Shown here piece by piece: positions 50,149 to 59,425 of a stretch of DNA of 64,000 nt. The DNA is from Candidatus Aenigmatarchaeota archaeon. GTDB taxonomy: Archaea; Aenigmatarchaeota; Aenigmatarchaeia; GW2011-AR5. The translations under genes and the position numbers were made by a program. Every line of letters begins with the position of its first letter. The first letter of the stretch is position 1. The notes under the pieces were generated by a model. That model was not told the origin of the DNA. It searched no databases and saw nothing but the letters and a program-made list of their open reading frames with translations. Location of the stretch: the NCBI GenBank assembly GCA_018304605.1, contig JAGVVU010000034.1, positions 3,555 through 67,554 on the forward strand, read 5' to 3'.

Positions 50149-51390
50149 TTAATCGGTGCGGAATAGAATCAATGGATCCTCATAAGTTGCAAAGGCGTCA
50201 AGAACAAGGTCTGTAGGATATCGCCTTTTTAGTTCTATTCTTTCAACTCCAGGATGTCTTTCATTCAGGGTAGATTTACCGGCAGCTCTTACTGCTTCAG
50301 CACTATAAGGTGTCATAATAGCACTGGAAGAACCCTGTCTACTGAGAGATACTATTGGGACAGATTTTCCGGAAGTGGACGTAAAGCTAGTTAATCTGCC
50401 TATTGCGTGTTCATAATGCTGTTTGAATTTTCCAAGAGCCCCATCTTTTATTCTTGCCTGCAATATTCCTGTCGGCTCGTCATATGTTTTTAACCTTATG
50501 GCACTTCTGTCTTCTCCTGTAGTTTCCAGCATGAGTGGAAGTTCGTTCTGCCTGAAATAGACAGTGACTCTTCCGCTTTTCACGCTTCCTATTCTGAAAT
50601 TATATTCTTTTTGGGATTCAACATATAACTGCCTTAATTGCCGCGAATGCTTCACAAGCATAGCCAATTCTTCGGGTAGTATACACTGTTTCCCATCTGT
50701 GAGTGCAAAGTCTGGGTCATCATGAACCTCTATTAAAAGTGCGTCAGCGCCAGCCGAAACTGAGGCCAAGGCGGCTTGATAAACCATATCTCTCCTGCCG
50801 GTGGCATGGCTGGGATCAAATGCAACAGGCAGTTTGGAATGCCTCTGTGCATAAGCAACAGCTGTGATGTCACCCAAGTTTCTGAATTCCGGGTCTATGG
50901 TGGCAACCCCTCTTTCGCATAAAATAACGTTTGAATTACCGAAGTGAGTTATGTGACCTGCAGCTCCAAGCCACTCTTTTACTGTGCTCCCTTTCCCTCT
51001 CTTTAACAGTACAGGGACCTGTAGTTTTCCCAATTCATCCAGAAGGCTATAATTTTGTGCATTTCGTGTTCCGACCTGATAAATATCGACGCCGTGTTCT
51101 TGGAACATTGATATATGCCCTGTTGACATTATCTCGGTAACTATCGGAAGCCCGTATATTTCTTTTGCCTCGGCAAGGTATCTCAAACCTTCTTCTTTCA
51201 GTCCGTCAAATTCTCCAGGATTTGTCCTTGGCTTGAATGCCCCGCTGCGATACGCATCCGCTCCACCTTCCTTTGCAGCGTGCATCATTTCCATTGTATG
51301 CAATCTGCTTTCGGTAGAACAAGGCCCAGCCATAACTACAAGTTCAGGGCCACCAATGTCCAACTTACCTGCGTATACTCGCCCGGACAT
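50149..51390 (-). CDS. DAHP synthase / KDO8P-synthase-family aldolase (class I-beta) with an unassigned C-terminal extension of about 140 aa
   Basis: GPCSTES, KPRTNP, LCERG, FDPSHATG catalytic motifs in residues 1-270. Residues 270-413 have no recognisable motif. Confidence 0.7.
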   Translation of the reverse strand: MSGRVYAGKLDIGGPELVVMAGPCSTESRLHTMEMMHAAKEGGADAYRSGAFKPRTNPGEFDGLKEEGLRYLAEAKEIYGLPIVTEIMSTGHISMFQEHGVDIYQVGTRNAQNYSLLDELGKLQVPVLLKRGKGSTVKEWLGAAGHITHFGNSNVILCERGVATIDPEFRNLGDITAVAYAQRHSKLPVAFDPSHATGRRDMVYQAALASVSAGADALLIEVHDDPDFALTDGKQCILPEELAMLVKHSRQLRQLYVESQKEYNFRIGSVKSGRVTVYFRQNELPLMLETTGEDRSAIRLKTYDEPTGILQARIKDGALGKFKQHYEHAIGRLTSFTSTSGKSVPIVSLSRQGSSSAIMTPYSAEAVRAAGKSTLNERHPGVERIELKRRYPTDLVLDAFATYEDPLILFRTD

Positions 51391-51511
51391 AATGAACGTA
51401 TTAAATTAAAGGATTTAAGACTGATCCAAAATTACGTTTGCATGACGGCAATTCAAATTATTTCCTGCTGCATGCCTTGTTCTTTAATAGCTTAGTGCTG
51501 TTACTAATTTC

Positions 51512-52111
51512 ATGTTTTGCATAAAATGCGGACGTCCTGCGAGTATAGGCAATTTTTGCAGCGAGCATTTCCTGGAGTCCCGAATACTCTTCACGCTGAA
51601 GGATTTCTCTTATATCTACTGCAAGCTTTGCGGAATAAACGAGGCTGCACTAAGGGAGAAGATAGAGCAGTCAATAAAAACCGGCAATACCATCATCAGC
51701 AGGAAAGTCTTCCTAAAGACTGTCGGCAACAAAGTCCACGTGACCATGACCGCCGAGGGGAAGATAGAGGGAGTAAAGAAGACAGAGACCCACAAGTCCC
51801 TGGTCATACTTCGCCAGCAGATGTGCGACATGCACGTCAAGCTCTCCGGAGGCTACTACGAGGCGATGATACAGGTGCGGGGGCCCGAGAAAGATGCAAT
51901 ACTGAGGAAGGTAAGGCAGGCCATACCTGAAAAAGCTGTAAGCAGCGTAGAGGAGATAAAGGAAGGCTACAACGTGAAGATATTGAGAAAGTCAAACGCC
52001 GCGGCTGCTGCAAAAGCCCTGAGGGAGAGATTCTCGGTCAAGGAGTCGTATAAGGTCGGCGGGAGCAAGAAAGGCCAGATGGTCTACAGGAACTATTACG
52101 CAGTGAGATGA
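51512..52111 (+). CDS. NMD3-family (ribosome export/biogenesis) protein homologue
   Basis: N-terminal CxxCG...CxxC zinc cluster, then the GGYYEAMIQVRG motif. Confidence 0.55.
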   Translation: MFCIKCGRPASIGNFCSEHFLESRILFTLKDFSYIYCKLCGINEAALREKIEQSIKTGNTIISRKVFLKTVGNKVHVTMTAEGKIEGVKKTETHKSLVILRQQMCDMHVKLSGGYYEAMIQVRGPEKDAILRKVRQAIPEKAVSSVEEIKEGYNVKILRKSNAAAAAKALRERFSVKESYKVGGSKKGQMVYRNYYAVR

Positions 52112-52112
52112 C

Positions 52113-52451
52113 ATGCGAATCAAAACACTGGATGAACTTGTCGGATTTTATGTCAAGCTTGGATATGTTGGATTCAAGTTAAAATCCGTAATAGAAAAAG
52201 ACAAGCGATACGCCCAGCTTCTCAAGAAAAGAAAAGATTATCTCACAAAAATCGGAGTAAGTAGTAGCGAGCAGAAAAAATACGTGTTGCTCACAGGCAA
52301 GGACATAGAAATCCTTAGAAGATGCAACAGGCTTGAAAAAAACGCAGGACAGGATGCCGACATAATTAAGCTTATTAAGTCTCAGTTGGAAGAGGATTGG
52401 AGAAGGCCTCTGCTGAAAAAGCTGAAGGCCTTAGGGAAGAAATGCAGGTAG
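52113..52451 (+). CDS. Hypothetical basic protein
   Basis: 112 aa, Lys-rich. Confidence 0.4.
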   Translation: MRIKTLDELVGFYVKLGYVGFKLKSVIEKDKRYAQLLKKRKDYLTKIGVSSSEQKKYVLLTGKDIEILRRCNRLEKNAGQDADIIKLIKSQLEEDWRRPLLKKLKALGKKCR

Positions 52452-52457
52452 AGTTTC

Positions 52458-52757
52458 ATGTATCATCGGCCAGACGAGCCAGTAAGAGTGAAAATGCCGA
52501 GGCAAGGCGAAATTCTCGGGATAGTCGAAGCCATGCTCGGCTCGAACAAGCTGCGCGTGAGGTGCCAGGATGACAAGATAAGGCTGTGCCGCATACCCGG
52601 AAAGCTCAGGAAGAGCATGTGGATAAAGGAGAACGATGTTGTTCTCGTAAAGCCGTGGGACATTCAGAAAGAGACGCATGGCGATATTGTGGTAAGATAT
52701 ACCCAGACGCAGGTTTCGGTGCTTAGAAGGAAAAACATACTAAAGATGGAATATTGA
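52458..52757 (+). CDS. eif1a: Translation initiation factor 1A (aIF-1A)
   Basis: GEILGIVEAMLGSNKLRVRCQDDKIRLCRIPGKLRKSMWIKENDVVLV S1-like OB fold. Confidence 0.85.
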   Translation: MYHRPDEPVRVKMPRQGEILGIVEAMLGSNKLRVRCQDDKIRLCRIPGKLRKSMWIKENDVVLVKPWDIQKETHGDIVVRYTQTQVSVLRRKNILKMEY

Positions 52758-52911
52758 GAACTTTGATAACCCTATAATTTATCAAAGTTCATAATAAGGA
52801 CTTTGAACAAAAATATATATTTATTATTCAAAGCCCTCTATTGAACTACTTCTCCGTACTGAAGCAGAATGAACGAATCACTCTTTATATGTTCAAATTT
52901 CACCTATATTT

Positions 52912-53406
52912 ATGATAAAAAATATCAAGATACCGGAGGAGCGGCTTCCTGTGCTGATCGGGAAAAATGGAATGACAAAAAGGTCCATACAAAGAAAGAC
53001 AAAAACGAAAATCGACGCAAGCGAGGAAGAAGTAATAATAGAAGGCGAATCCATCGGCGTCCTGGACGCGGAGAGTATAATAAAAGCCATCGGGCGCGGC
53101 TTCTCTCCCGTGCATGCGGAGCTGCTGCTGGACGAGGACAATACATTCCTGATAATAGAGCTTCCCAAGGGTGAAAAGACATTGAAAAGATTGAAATCAA
53201 GGCTGATAGGTACCAGAGGCAAGTCGCGGCGCAATATAGAGAGGCTCACAGGCACCTATATTTCCGTTTACGGCAAGACTGTTTCGGTGATTGGCAAATA
53301 CAGCAATGTCAACATGGCCGAGCAGGCTGTACAGAAGATTATAAAAGGTATACCACACAGATTTGTATACGAATTTCTGGAGGCACGGCAGGATGAGCGA
53401 GCATAA
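52912..53406 (+). CDS. Double-KH-domain RNA-binding protein (Dim2/Pno1-like)
   Basis: VLIGKNGMTKRSIQRKT and LIGTRGKSRRNIERLTG GxxG loops. Confidence 0.7.
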   Translation: MIKNIKIPEERLPVLIGKNGMTKRSIQRKTKTKIDASEEEVIIEGESIGVLDAESIIKAIGRGFSPVHAELLLDEDNTFLIIELPKGEKTLKRLKSRLIGTRGKSRRNIERLTGTYISVYGKTVSVIGKYSNVNMAEQAVQKIIKGIPHRFVYEFLEARQDERA

Positions 53407-55020
53407 AAAAGCGGAAGACTTCGCGAAGGAGCAGAAGGAAATCAGCGTGAGCGAATTCTTTGAGAAAAACAAGCACCTTCTTGGATTTGACAACCCTACA
53501 AAGTCGCTGCTCATGGCAGTGAAGGAAGCTGTTGACAATTCTCTGGATGCCGCAGAGGAAGCAGGAATTCTTCCGGACATAACAGTCAAGATAAAGCAGG
53601 TGGACGAGAACACTTACATAGTTTCCGTGGCAGACAACGGACCGGGAATCGTCAGGGAGAACGTTCCCCGCGTATTCGGAAAGCTTCTGTATGGGAGCAA
53701 GTTCCACAGGCTGCTTCAGGGCAGAGGCCAGCAAGGCATCGGCATAAGCAGCGTGACACTCTATGCCCAGCTCACCACAGGGGTGCCGACAAAAGTCTGG
53801 TCGAAGGTGGAGAGCAAGAAAAAGACTTACTATTGTGAATTGCACCTGAATACTGCAAAGAACGAGCCCGACGTAATCAAGGAAGAGGAAATAGACAAGG
53901 AGGTCGTTGGTGAGCATGGCGTCAAGGTCGAGATGGAGATACACGGGCGTTACAGAAAAACCGTAGAGGATTACCTAAAGCAGACTTCTATCTCAAATCC
54001 GTTTGCCAAAATCGCATACACGTCTCCGGATGGAACGAAAACGGTTTTCCCGCGCTCACTCAATGATCTGCCAAAACCTCCTAAGAGGATGAAACCGCAT
54101 CCGCACGGCATGGAATTCGGAATTCTGCAACGCCTGCTCCAGAACACAAGCTCGCGTACACTGCTCTCTTTCCTGACGAACGAATTCTCTTCTGTAGGCA
54201 GTCAGAGCGGAAAGGAAATATGCAAACTGGCAAAAATTCCGGAAGATACAAAGCCGCAGGAACTTGACAGGATTGCGATAGAAAAGCTCATCCCCCGACG
54301 GACTGCTTGTCACCCATCGGTTCAGCGGAACTTGAGAAAAGCCTGAAGAAAGAATACCCGAACGCGGAATTCGTGACCTCAATAACAAGAGATCCTGAAG
54401 TTTACAGGGGGTTCCCGTTCCTCATAGAGGTCGGGATTGTTTATGGTTTGGGCGATGAAGTGCAAGCAAAAAGAAAAAAGGAAAACGATGATGACAAAAA
54501 GGAAGACGTGATAGAATTGATAAGATTCGCGAACCGGGTGCCACTGCTCTACCAGCAGAGCGCCTGCGCGCTGACAGAGGCGGTCAAGGATGTGGACTGG
54601 AGGCGCTACAATCTCTCGCAATCAGGCAGCAACCTTCCGTCGGGTCCTATGAAGCTGGTGATACACATCTGCTCCGTCTGGGTCCCGTTCATGTCCGAAA
54701 GCAAGGAGGCCGTTGCTGCATACCCGGAGATAATAAAAGAAGCGAAGCTTGCAATACAGGACGCTGGCCGCAAGCTCTCATCGTACCTGAGCGGAAAGCG
54801 CCGCGCGGGAGAGCAAAAACGCAGGATGCAGATGTTCGACCGCTACGCCGGCGAGGTGTCCGACGCACTGGCAATACTGACAGGAAAGAACGACAAGGAA
54901 ATAGAAAAGAAGCTCAGGGCACTCGTAGAGAGCAGGGTGCACATCAAAGAAGAGTTTGTTGACGAATCCGTAGAAATGTCGGATGCCAAGAAAGGGATAA
55001 AATCTGAAAAGAAACCATAA
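53393..55020 (+). CDS. top6B: DNA topoisomerase VI subunit B, interrupted by a frameshift in a C5 run near 54290-54300
   Basis: GHKL ATPase motifs (EAVDNSLDA, DNGPGI, GRGQQGIGIS) are in ORF 53363-54346. The transducer domain is in ORF 54307-55020. The frames rejoin if one C is added or removed in atcccccgacgg. Confidence 0.8.
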
Positions 55021-55047
55021 AAGAAAACAAATGAAGTGATAATAATG

Positions 55048-56124
55048 GCAAAAGAAGTCAAGAAAGAGCTGCAAAAACTCGGGGACAAGCTGCTACAGGA
55101 CATAGAAAAGAAGGAAAACCCGAGCATAGAAATACCTATACGGGCATTATCCAACGTTGTCTTCGACAAGAAACTGGGTCAGCTTACCCTGGGGGACAAG
55201 ACTGCGAAAAGATATTACTTCAACGTGGCGCACGCAAAGAAATTCATGCAGACCGCGATGGTTGCTTCATTCTCAAAGCAGCTGATAGACCAGAACATAC
55301 ATGCGAGCATCAGAGACATGTTCTACAACCTGAAGCGCACGCTCCCCGACAGCAATGAAAACACTTTTGACGAGCAATCAGAAAGCGATCCGATAATAGT
55401 CGATCTGGAAGTCGCAATAGATGTGCTTCGCGAGCAGCTTCACCTTACTACGGACAGAAAGGGGATAGTCGCCGGCAATGTCATCATCCAGGACAGGGGT
55501 GACAATATAGACTGGTCAAAGCTTGGCAGCGGCGGATGGTCTATCCCGAGTACGGTGGATGAAATCACGTTCAAGAAAGTCGATGCGGAATTTGTCCTGG
55601 TCGTAGAGAAGAACGCAGGATTTGAGCGCCTGCATGAGGACAAGTTCTGGCAGAAGCACAAATGCATACTCGTCGGAACCGGAGGCCAGCCATCCCGCGG
55701 CACAAGACTTCTGATACAGAGGCTGAATCAGGAGCACAAGCTGCCTGTTTACGTATTTTGCGACGCGGATGCATACGGCGCATATATTTATTCCGTAATA
55801 AAATCCGGCTCCATCAGCCTTGCGCATGTCTCCGACCGCATCTCAACGCCAAGCGCGAAATTCATCGGCTTGACCATAAGCGATGTGTACGAGTATGACC
55901 TGAAGAAGGCAACCATAAAGGCGAAAGACGTCGACATAAAGCGCGCGAAGGAGATGCTGAATTATGAATGGTTCAAGAAGAACCCGAGATGGCAGAAAGA
56001 GCTGAACCTCATGATAGAAAAGGGCATAAAAGCGGAAATAGAGGCTCTCTCCCACAAGGGCCTGAAGTTCATGTCGGAAACCTACCTGCCGGACAAGCTG
56101 AAGAAGAAAGATTTCCTAGACTAG
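55048..56124 (+). CDS. top6A: DNA topoisomerase VI subunit A (Spo11 homologue)
   Basis: Winged-helix plus Toprim. YVFCDADAYG acidic Toprim motif. Confidence 0.9.
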   Translation, partial: AKEVKKELQKLGDKLLQDIEKKENPSIEIPIRALSNVVFDKKLGQLTLGDKTAKRYYFNVAHAKKFMQTAMVASFSKQLIDQNIHASIRDMFYNLKRTLPDSNENTFDEQSESDPIIVDLEVAIDVLREQLHLTTDRKGIVAGNVIIQDRGDNIDWSKLGSGGWSIPSTVDEITFKKVDAEFVLVVEKNAGFERLHEDKFWQKHKCILVGTGGQPSRGTRLLIQRLNQEHKLPVYVFCDADAYGAYIYSVIKSGSISLAHVSDRISTPSAKFIGLTISDVYEYDLKKATIKAKDVDIKRAKEMLNYEWFKKNPRWQKELNLMIEKGIKAEIEALSHKGLKFMSETYLPDKLKKKDFLD

Positions 56125-56729
56125 GCTTTAATCATCTTTACCTTACCGTTCTTAACAAAAGCCGCACCGCCTTCTCTTATTTTCACGTATTTGTATCCGG
56201 TCTTTTTCAAGTCTTCCATAACTTTTGTATATGGCTTGGAGTATTTCTTATTTCCGAAATGAGGCAAAGGTACAAAACCAACAAGATTAAGTCCCTTGAA
56301 TGACTTGAGCTTTGCTTTGGAAGGGTCGTCCAGAAATCTTATGGAACGTATATTAGTACCTGCAACAGCCGCTCCTGCGCTCGAGCCGACATAAATCTTG
56401 CCTCCTCTAAGAAGTTTCTTAATAATCTTATCGAAACCAGATTCCCTCATTTTCTGCAAGAGGTAGAATGTATTTCCGCCAGCAACATAAATTATGTCAA
56501 ATTCGTTGAGTTTTTTTAACAAATTACTCTTTTTCATCCCTTTCAGGTCAACTGTGACCAACCTAAATCCTTTCTTTGTCAGAATTTTTCTATCTGCCCT
56601 GATCCACCACTTATCTTTGTAAGGGTCAGCTGCTGTCGGTATAAAGGCGAGCTTCAGTTTCGTCTTTGACTTTTGAATTGCTTTATCTACCAAACTAGAA
56701 GCATCAGAAGCCAGCAAGATATCGGTCAT
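56121..56729 (-). CDS. Peptidase E / S51-family dipeptidase
   Basis: IYVAGGNTFYLL and GSSAGAAVAG motifs. Confidence 0.65.
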   Translation of the reverse strand: MTDILLASDASSLVDKAIQKSKTKLKLAFIPTAADPYKDKWWIRADRKILTKKGFRLVTVDLKGMKKSNLLKKLNEFDIIYVAGGNTFYLLQKMRESGFDKIIKKLLRGGKIYVGSSAGAAVAGTNIRSIRFLDDPSKAKLKSFKGLNLVGFVPLPHFGNKKYSKPYTKVMEDLKKTGYKYVKIREGGAAFVKNGKVKMIKA

Positions 56730-56784
56730 AATCCTAACATGACGATTTCCTTTTAAATATTCCGCAAAAAGTTATTAGAGTCAT

Positions 56785-56899
56785 GCCCTGGTAGCTCAGC
56801 AGGTAAGAAGCTAGGCTTCTCTATAAAGAGCGCTTGAGATTTTAGGAATCGGCGAAGCTGTTAACCAAGAGGTCCGCGGTTCGAGCCCGCGCCGGGGCG
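56785..56899 (+). tRNA. tRNA-Asn(GUU) with two short non-canonical introns (about 22 nt in the D-loop, about 20 nt at position 30/31)
   Basis: 73-nt mature tRNA plus 42 nt. Acceptor GCCCTGG/CCGGGGC. D arm GCTC-AGCAGGTA-[AGAAGCTAGGCTTCTCTATAAA]-GAGC. Anticodon stem CTTG[intron]G/CCAAG with loop CTGTTAA. Variable loop AGGTC. T arm CGCGG-TTCGAGC-CCGCG. Confidence 0.6.
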
Positions 56900-57042
56900 C
56901 AAGGTAGCTCAGCTCGGGAGAGCACATAGTGTGAGGAAAACCTCATATTAGCTTAAACGGCTGAAGTTTAGGCAGGAACCGTACTGTAAAACACTGGTTT
57001 TATAGGTTTAAGCTGTCGAGGGTTCAAATCCCTCTCTTCCCA
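56900..57042 (+). tRNA. tRNA-like gene with about 70 nt of insertions; acceptor pairing and anticodon unresolved
   Basis: Canonical D arm GCTC-AGCTCGGGA-GAGC. Stem CTTAA/TTAAG flanked by a 9-bp helix AGCTTAAAC/GTTTAAGCT. Variable loop CTGTC. T arm GAGGG-TTCAAAT-CCCTC. The 5' CGCAAGG does not pair cleanly with the 3' TCTTCCC. Confidence 0.4.
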
Positions 57043-57757
57043 CTGCAATTTCAACTTTCCTTATATGTTTAGGATTATGAAATCCAATTTTTCCCATCCA
57101 GTTCTTTGCGTTTTTTCTTCCATTGATATAAATTCTACTTCCTTTAGAAGAGAAACCTCGATTGTCATTAACGATGGTGTCATATTCTGTATACATTGAG
57201 AACCCCATTTCTTTTAGAATTAATTCTAATTGTTCAACAAGTTTACGACTCTTCTGTTTTACTGAAATTACAGGATAATTATGTCCTTGTTTTTTTAATG
57301 ACACGGAACCATCAGTGTCGAAAAGTCCTCGAATGAATGGAATTATGAATTTTTTATTTTTGAGAATAAATTTGGGTATTTCTATGTTATCTTTTGGTCC
57401 AATATTGAATCCTATATCTTTTAGGAAATAAAATAATCCTTTTGATCTTGTTATAATTCGGATTGTATTTTGACCCTTCAGCTTTACGGGTTTTAATTTT
57501 ATATTGAATACCCTGAAAATTAAAGGCACTATAAAATTATCTATATACTCTTTGTCGTCAGTAAAGGAGCACGTTATAGAAATAGAGTATTCTGATGCCG
57601 TGCCGCCTTTAAACCGGTATTTGTTAATGCTTCCGTCACCTGTCATAATGCCTAAAAATTCTGCAAGTTCTTCAGATAAAACTACAGGCAATTGTAGACC
57701 TTTTCTTTTATCTCCGTAAGTAATGATTGATTTCATGTGATCACTTATGGACTTCAA
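57008..57757 (-). CDS. LAGLIDADG-family (double-motif) homing-endonuclease-like protein
   Basis: LAEFLGIMTGDGSI and IPFIRGLFDTDGSV. The C-terminal 12 codons are antisense to the T-arm of the tRNA-like gene. Confidence 0.7.
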   Translation of the reverse strand: MKSISDHMKSIITYGDKRKGLQLPVVLSEELAEFLGIMTGDGSINKYRFKGGTASEYSISITCSFTDDKEYIDNFIVPLIFRVFNIKLKPVKLKGQNTIRIITRSKGLFYFLKDIGFNIGPKDNIEIPKFILKNKKFIIPFIRGLFDTDGSVSLKKQGHNYPVISVKQKSRKLVEQLELILKEMGFSMYTEYDTIVNDNRGFSSKGSRIYINGRKNAKNWMGKIGFHNPKHIRKVEIAVGREGFEPSTA

Positions 57758-57813
57758 TACTCTATACTATAGAGTTCTAAACTATATAAAGATTTGTGTT
57801 CTTCTAGATAAAT

Positions 57814-58020
57814 ATGCCGAAGAAAAGGGGGTTTGGTCCGGATAAATACAAAATAGAAATACTCAATGTTCTTAGGAAATACCCATTCATGTCTACGTCA
57901 GAAATTTGCGATAATCTCAATATGGGTTATGAGACTGGGTTGAAGTATATTGAGCAGTTATCAAAAGAAGGTAAAATAAAGCACCGTAAAATAGGAAACC
58001 GGCAATTTTGGTACATCTAG
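57814..58020 (+). CDS. Small winged-helix DNA-binding protein
   Basis: 68 aa. ILNVLRKYPFMSTSEICDNLNMGYETGLKYIEQL. Confidence 0.5.
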   Translation: MPKKRGFGPDKYKIEILNVLRKYPFMSTSEICDNLNMGYETGLKYIEQLSKEGKIKHRKIGNRQFWYI

Positions 58021-58062
58021 TATTTCTCATCTTTTTATAAAAGCCGGGAAAATATACTACAC

Positions 58063-58635
58063 ATGGGTTACAGCTATGCACCCCAAAGCAGCGGAGGCTT
58101 GCAACTCGGGAAACGAGGCAAGCACCTCGCGATAGCCGCCGTAATAATCCTCTTTGTCGGGACATTCTATTTTGTTGGCAATACAATGACAGGCTATGTC
58201 ACTTACAGCGAGAGCCTTGAACAGCAATTAAATGAGACGCATAACAAGTTTCTCGACATGAAGGCACAATACGAAACCTGTGATGCATACCTGGGAAATG
58301 CGAACAGCAACATAGCGTCGCTGAACACCAGCCTGAATGCGTGCAGCACAGACATGTTTTCGCAAAAGCTGGCAGTGACTAGCTGCAATAATGAGAAAGA
58401 ACGGCTAGGCAGGGAAAAATCAGACCTGTCGAATTCCCTTTCATCCTGCAGGAGCGAACAGGTTTCATCCACAGAATCCTACAAGCAACTGGCACGCAAT
58501 TCGGTCAAGGCCATATGCTGCAGCTTCGGGGATGTGCAAAGCGGCTCTGTGCGCAACTGGAACATCACCAACAACAGTATAGTATGCACTGGCAATTACA
58601 CCATCAACTGCACCACCGGGGAATCGAACTATTGA
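58063..58635 (+). CDS. Membrane-anchored Cys-rich extracellular protein
   Basis: N-terminal TM helix. Coiled-coil. Ten Cys in the C-terminal half. Confidence 0.45.
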   Translation: MGYSYAPQSSGGLQLGKRGKHLAIAAVIILFVGTFYFVGNTMTGYVTYSESLEQQLNETHNKFLDMKAQYETCDAYLGNANSNIASLNTSLNACSTDMFSQKLAVTSCNNEKERLGREKSDLSNSLSSCRSEQVSSTESYKQLARNSVKAICCSFGDVQSGSVRNWNITNNSIVCTGNYTINCTTGESNY

Positions 58636-58793
58636 AGTTGGCTGGCTTTTTAAAGTTAAGTTAAAAACAGATAAAAGAAGTGGACAAAGGGCACCAGACT
58701 GTCGACTAGGCGCTGAAAGCGTCATGTTTGTTTGATGCTCGTCTGACTTACATAATTCAAAATGGTTCAGATCAGTCGACTTCTGTGATTTTT

Positions 58794-59417
58794 ATGCCAA
58801 AAAAACACAAGCAAAATCAAGACCAAAAAATAGAACAATCAGAGGACTTCGAGAGGAGGGAATATGTCGAGCCTGAGCCAGTAAAAGTCGTAGTTGACAC
58901 GCTCCTTGCAGAAGACAAGGTAATCGCTGTCGAGAATCGTGAGCATATCTATGAACCGGGCTATTACGGCAAGGATCTTGGCGAGAGGCTCGAGCTGGCT
59001 TTGGTCGAAGCGGTCCTGCTGCTCAAGCGCGGCAGGATAAAGGTGTCCTCCCTGGGAAAACAGCTGTCATTCAAGGAACTTTACGACCATGCATGCTCCA
59101 TGGACAAGAGATTCCCTCATAAATACAGGGTATATGAAGACCTGCGTGAGAGAGGGCTGCTGGTAAGGACGGGCTTCAAATTCGGCTGCGATTTTCGCGT
59201 ATATGAAAGAGGGGTACAACTGAAGAAAGGGCCAAAATCGGCAAAGGAACACACGAAATGGATAGTCTTCTCGGTGCCAGAGGACTTCACTATGTCTTTC
59301 GCCGAGCTTTCGAGAAGTGTAAGGTTGGCGCACAACATACGTGCCCGCATGCTCTGGGCTGTTGTTGACAACGAGGCTGATGTGACTTTTTATCAGATCA
59401 CTCGCCACAAACCGTAG
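58794..59417 (+). CDS. endA: tRNA-splicing endonuclease (EndA) catalytic subunit
   Basis: YRVYEDLRERGLLVRTGFKFGCDFRVYE and KEHTKWIVFSVPED...LAHNIRARMLWAVVD catalytic-domain motifs. Start set at the internal Met (MPKKHK). Confidence 0.75.
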   Translation: MPKKHKQNQDQKIEQSEDFERREYVEPEPVKVVVDTLLAEDKVIAVENREHIYEPGYYGKDLGERLELALVEAVLLLKRGRIKVSSLGKQLSFKELYDHACSMDKRFPHKYRVYEDLRERGLLVRTGFKFGCDFRVYERGVQLKKGPKSAKEHTKWIVFSVPEDFTMSFAELSRSVRLAHNIRARMLWAVVDNEADVTFYQITRHKP

Positions 59418-59425
59418 GTGATTAG

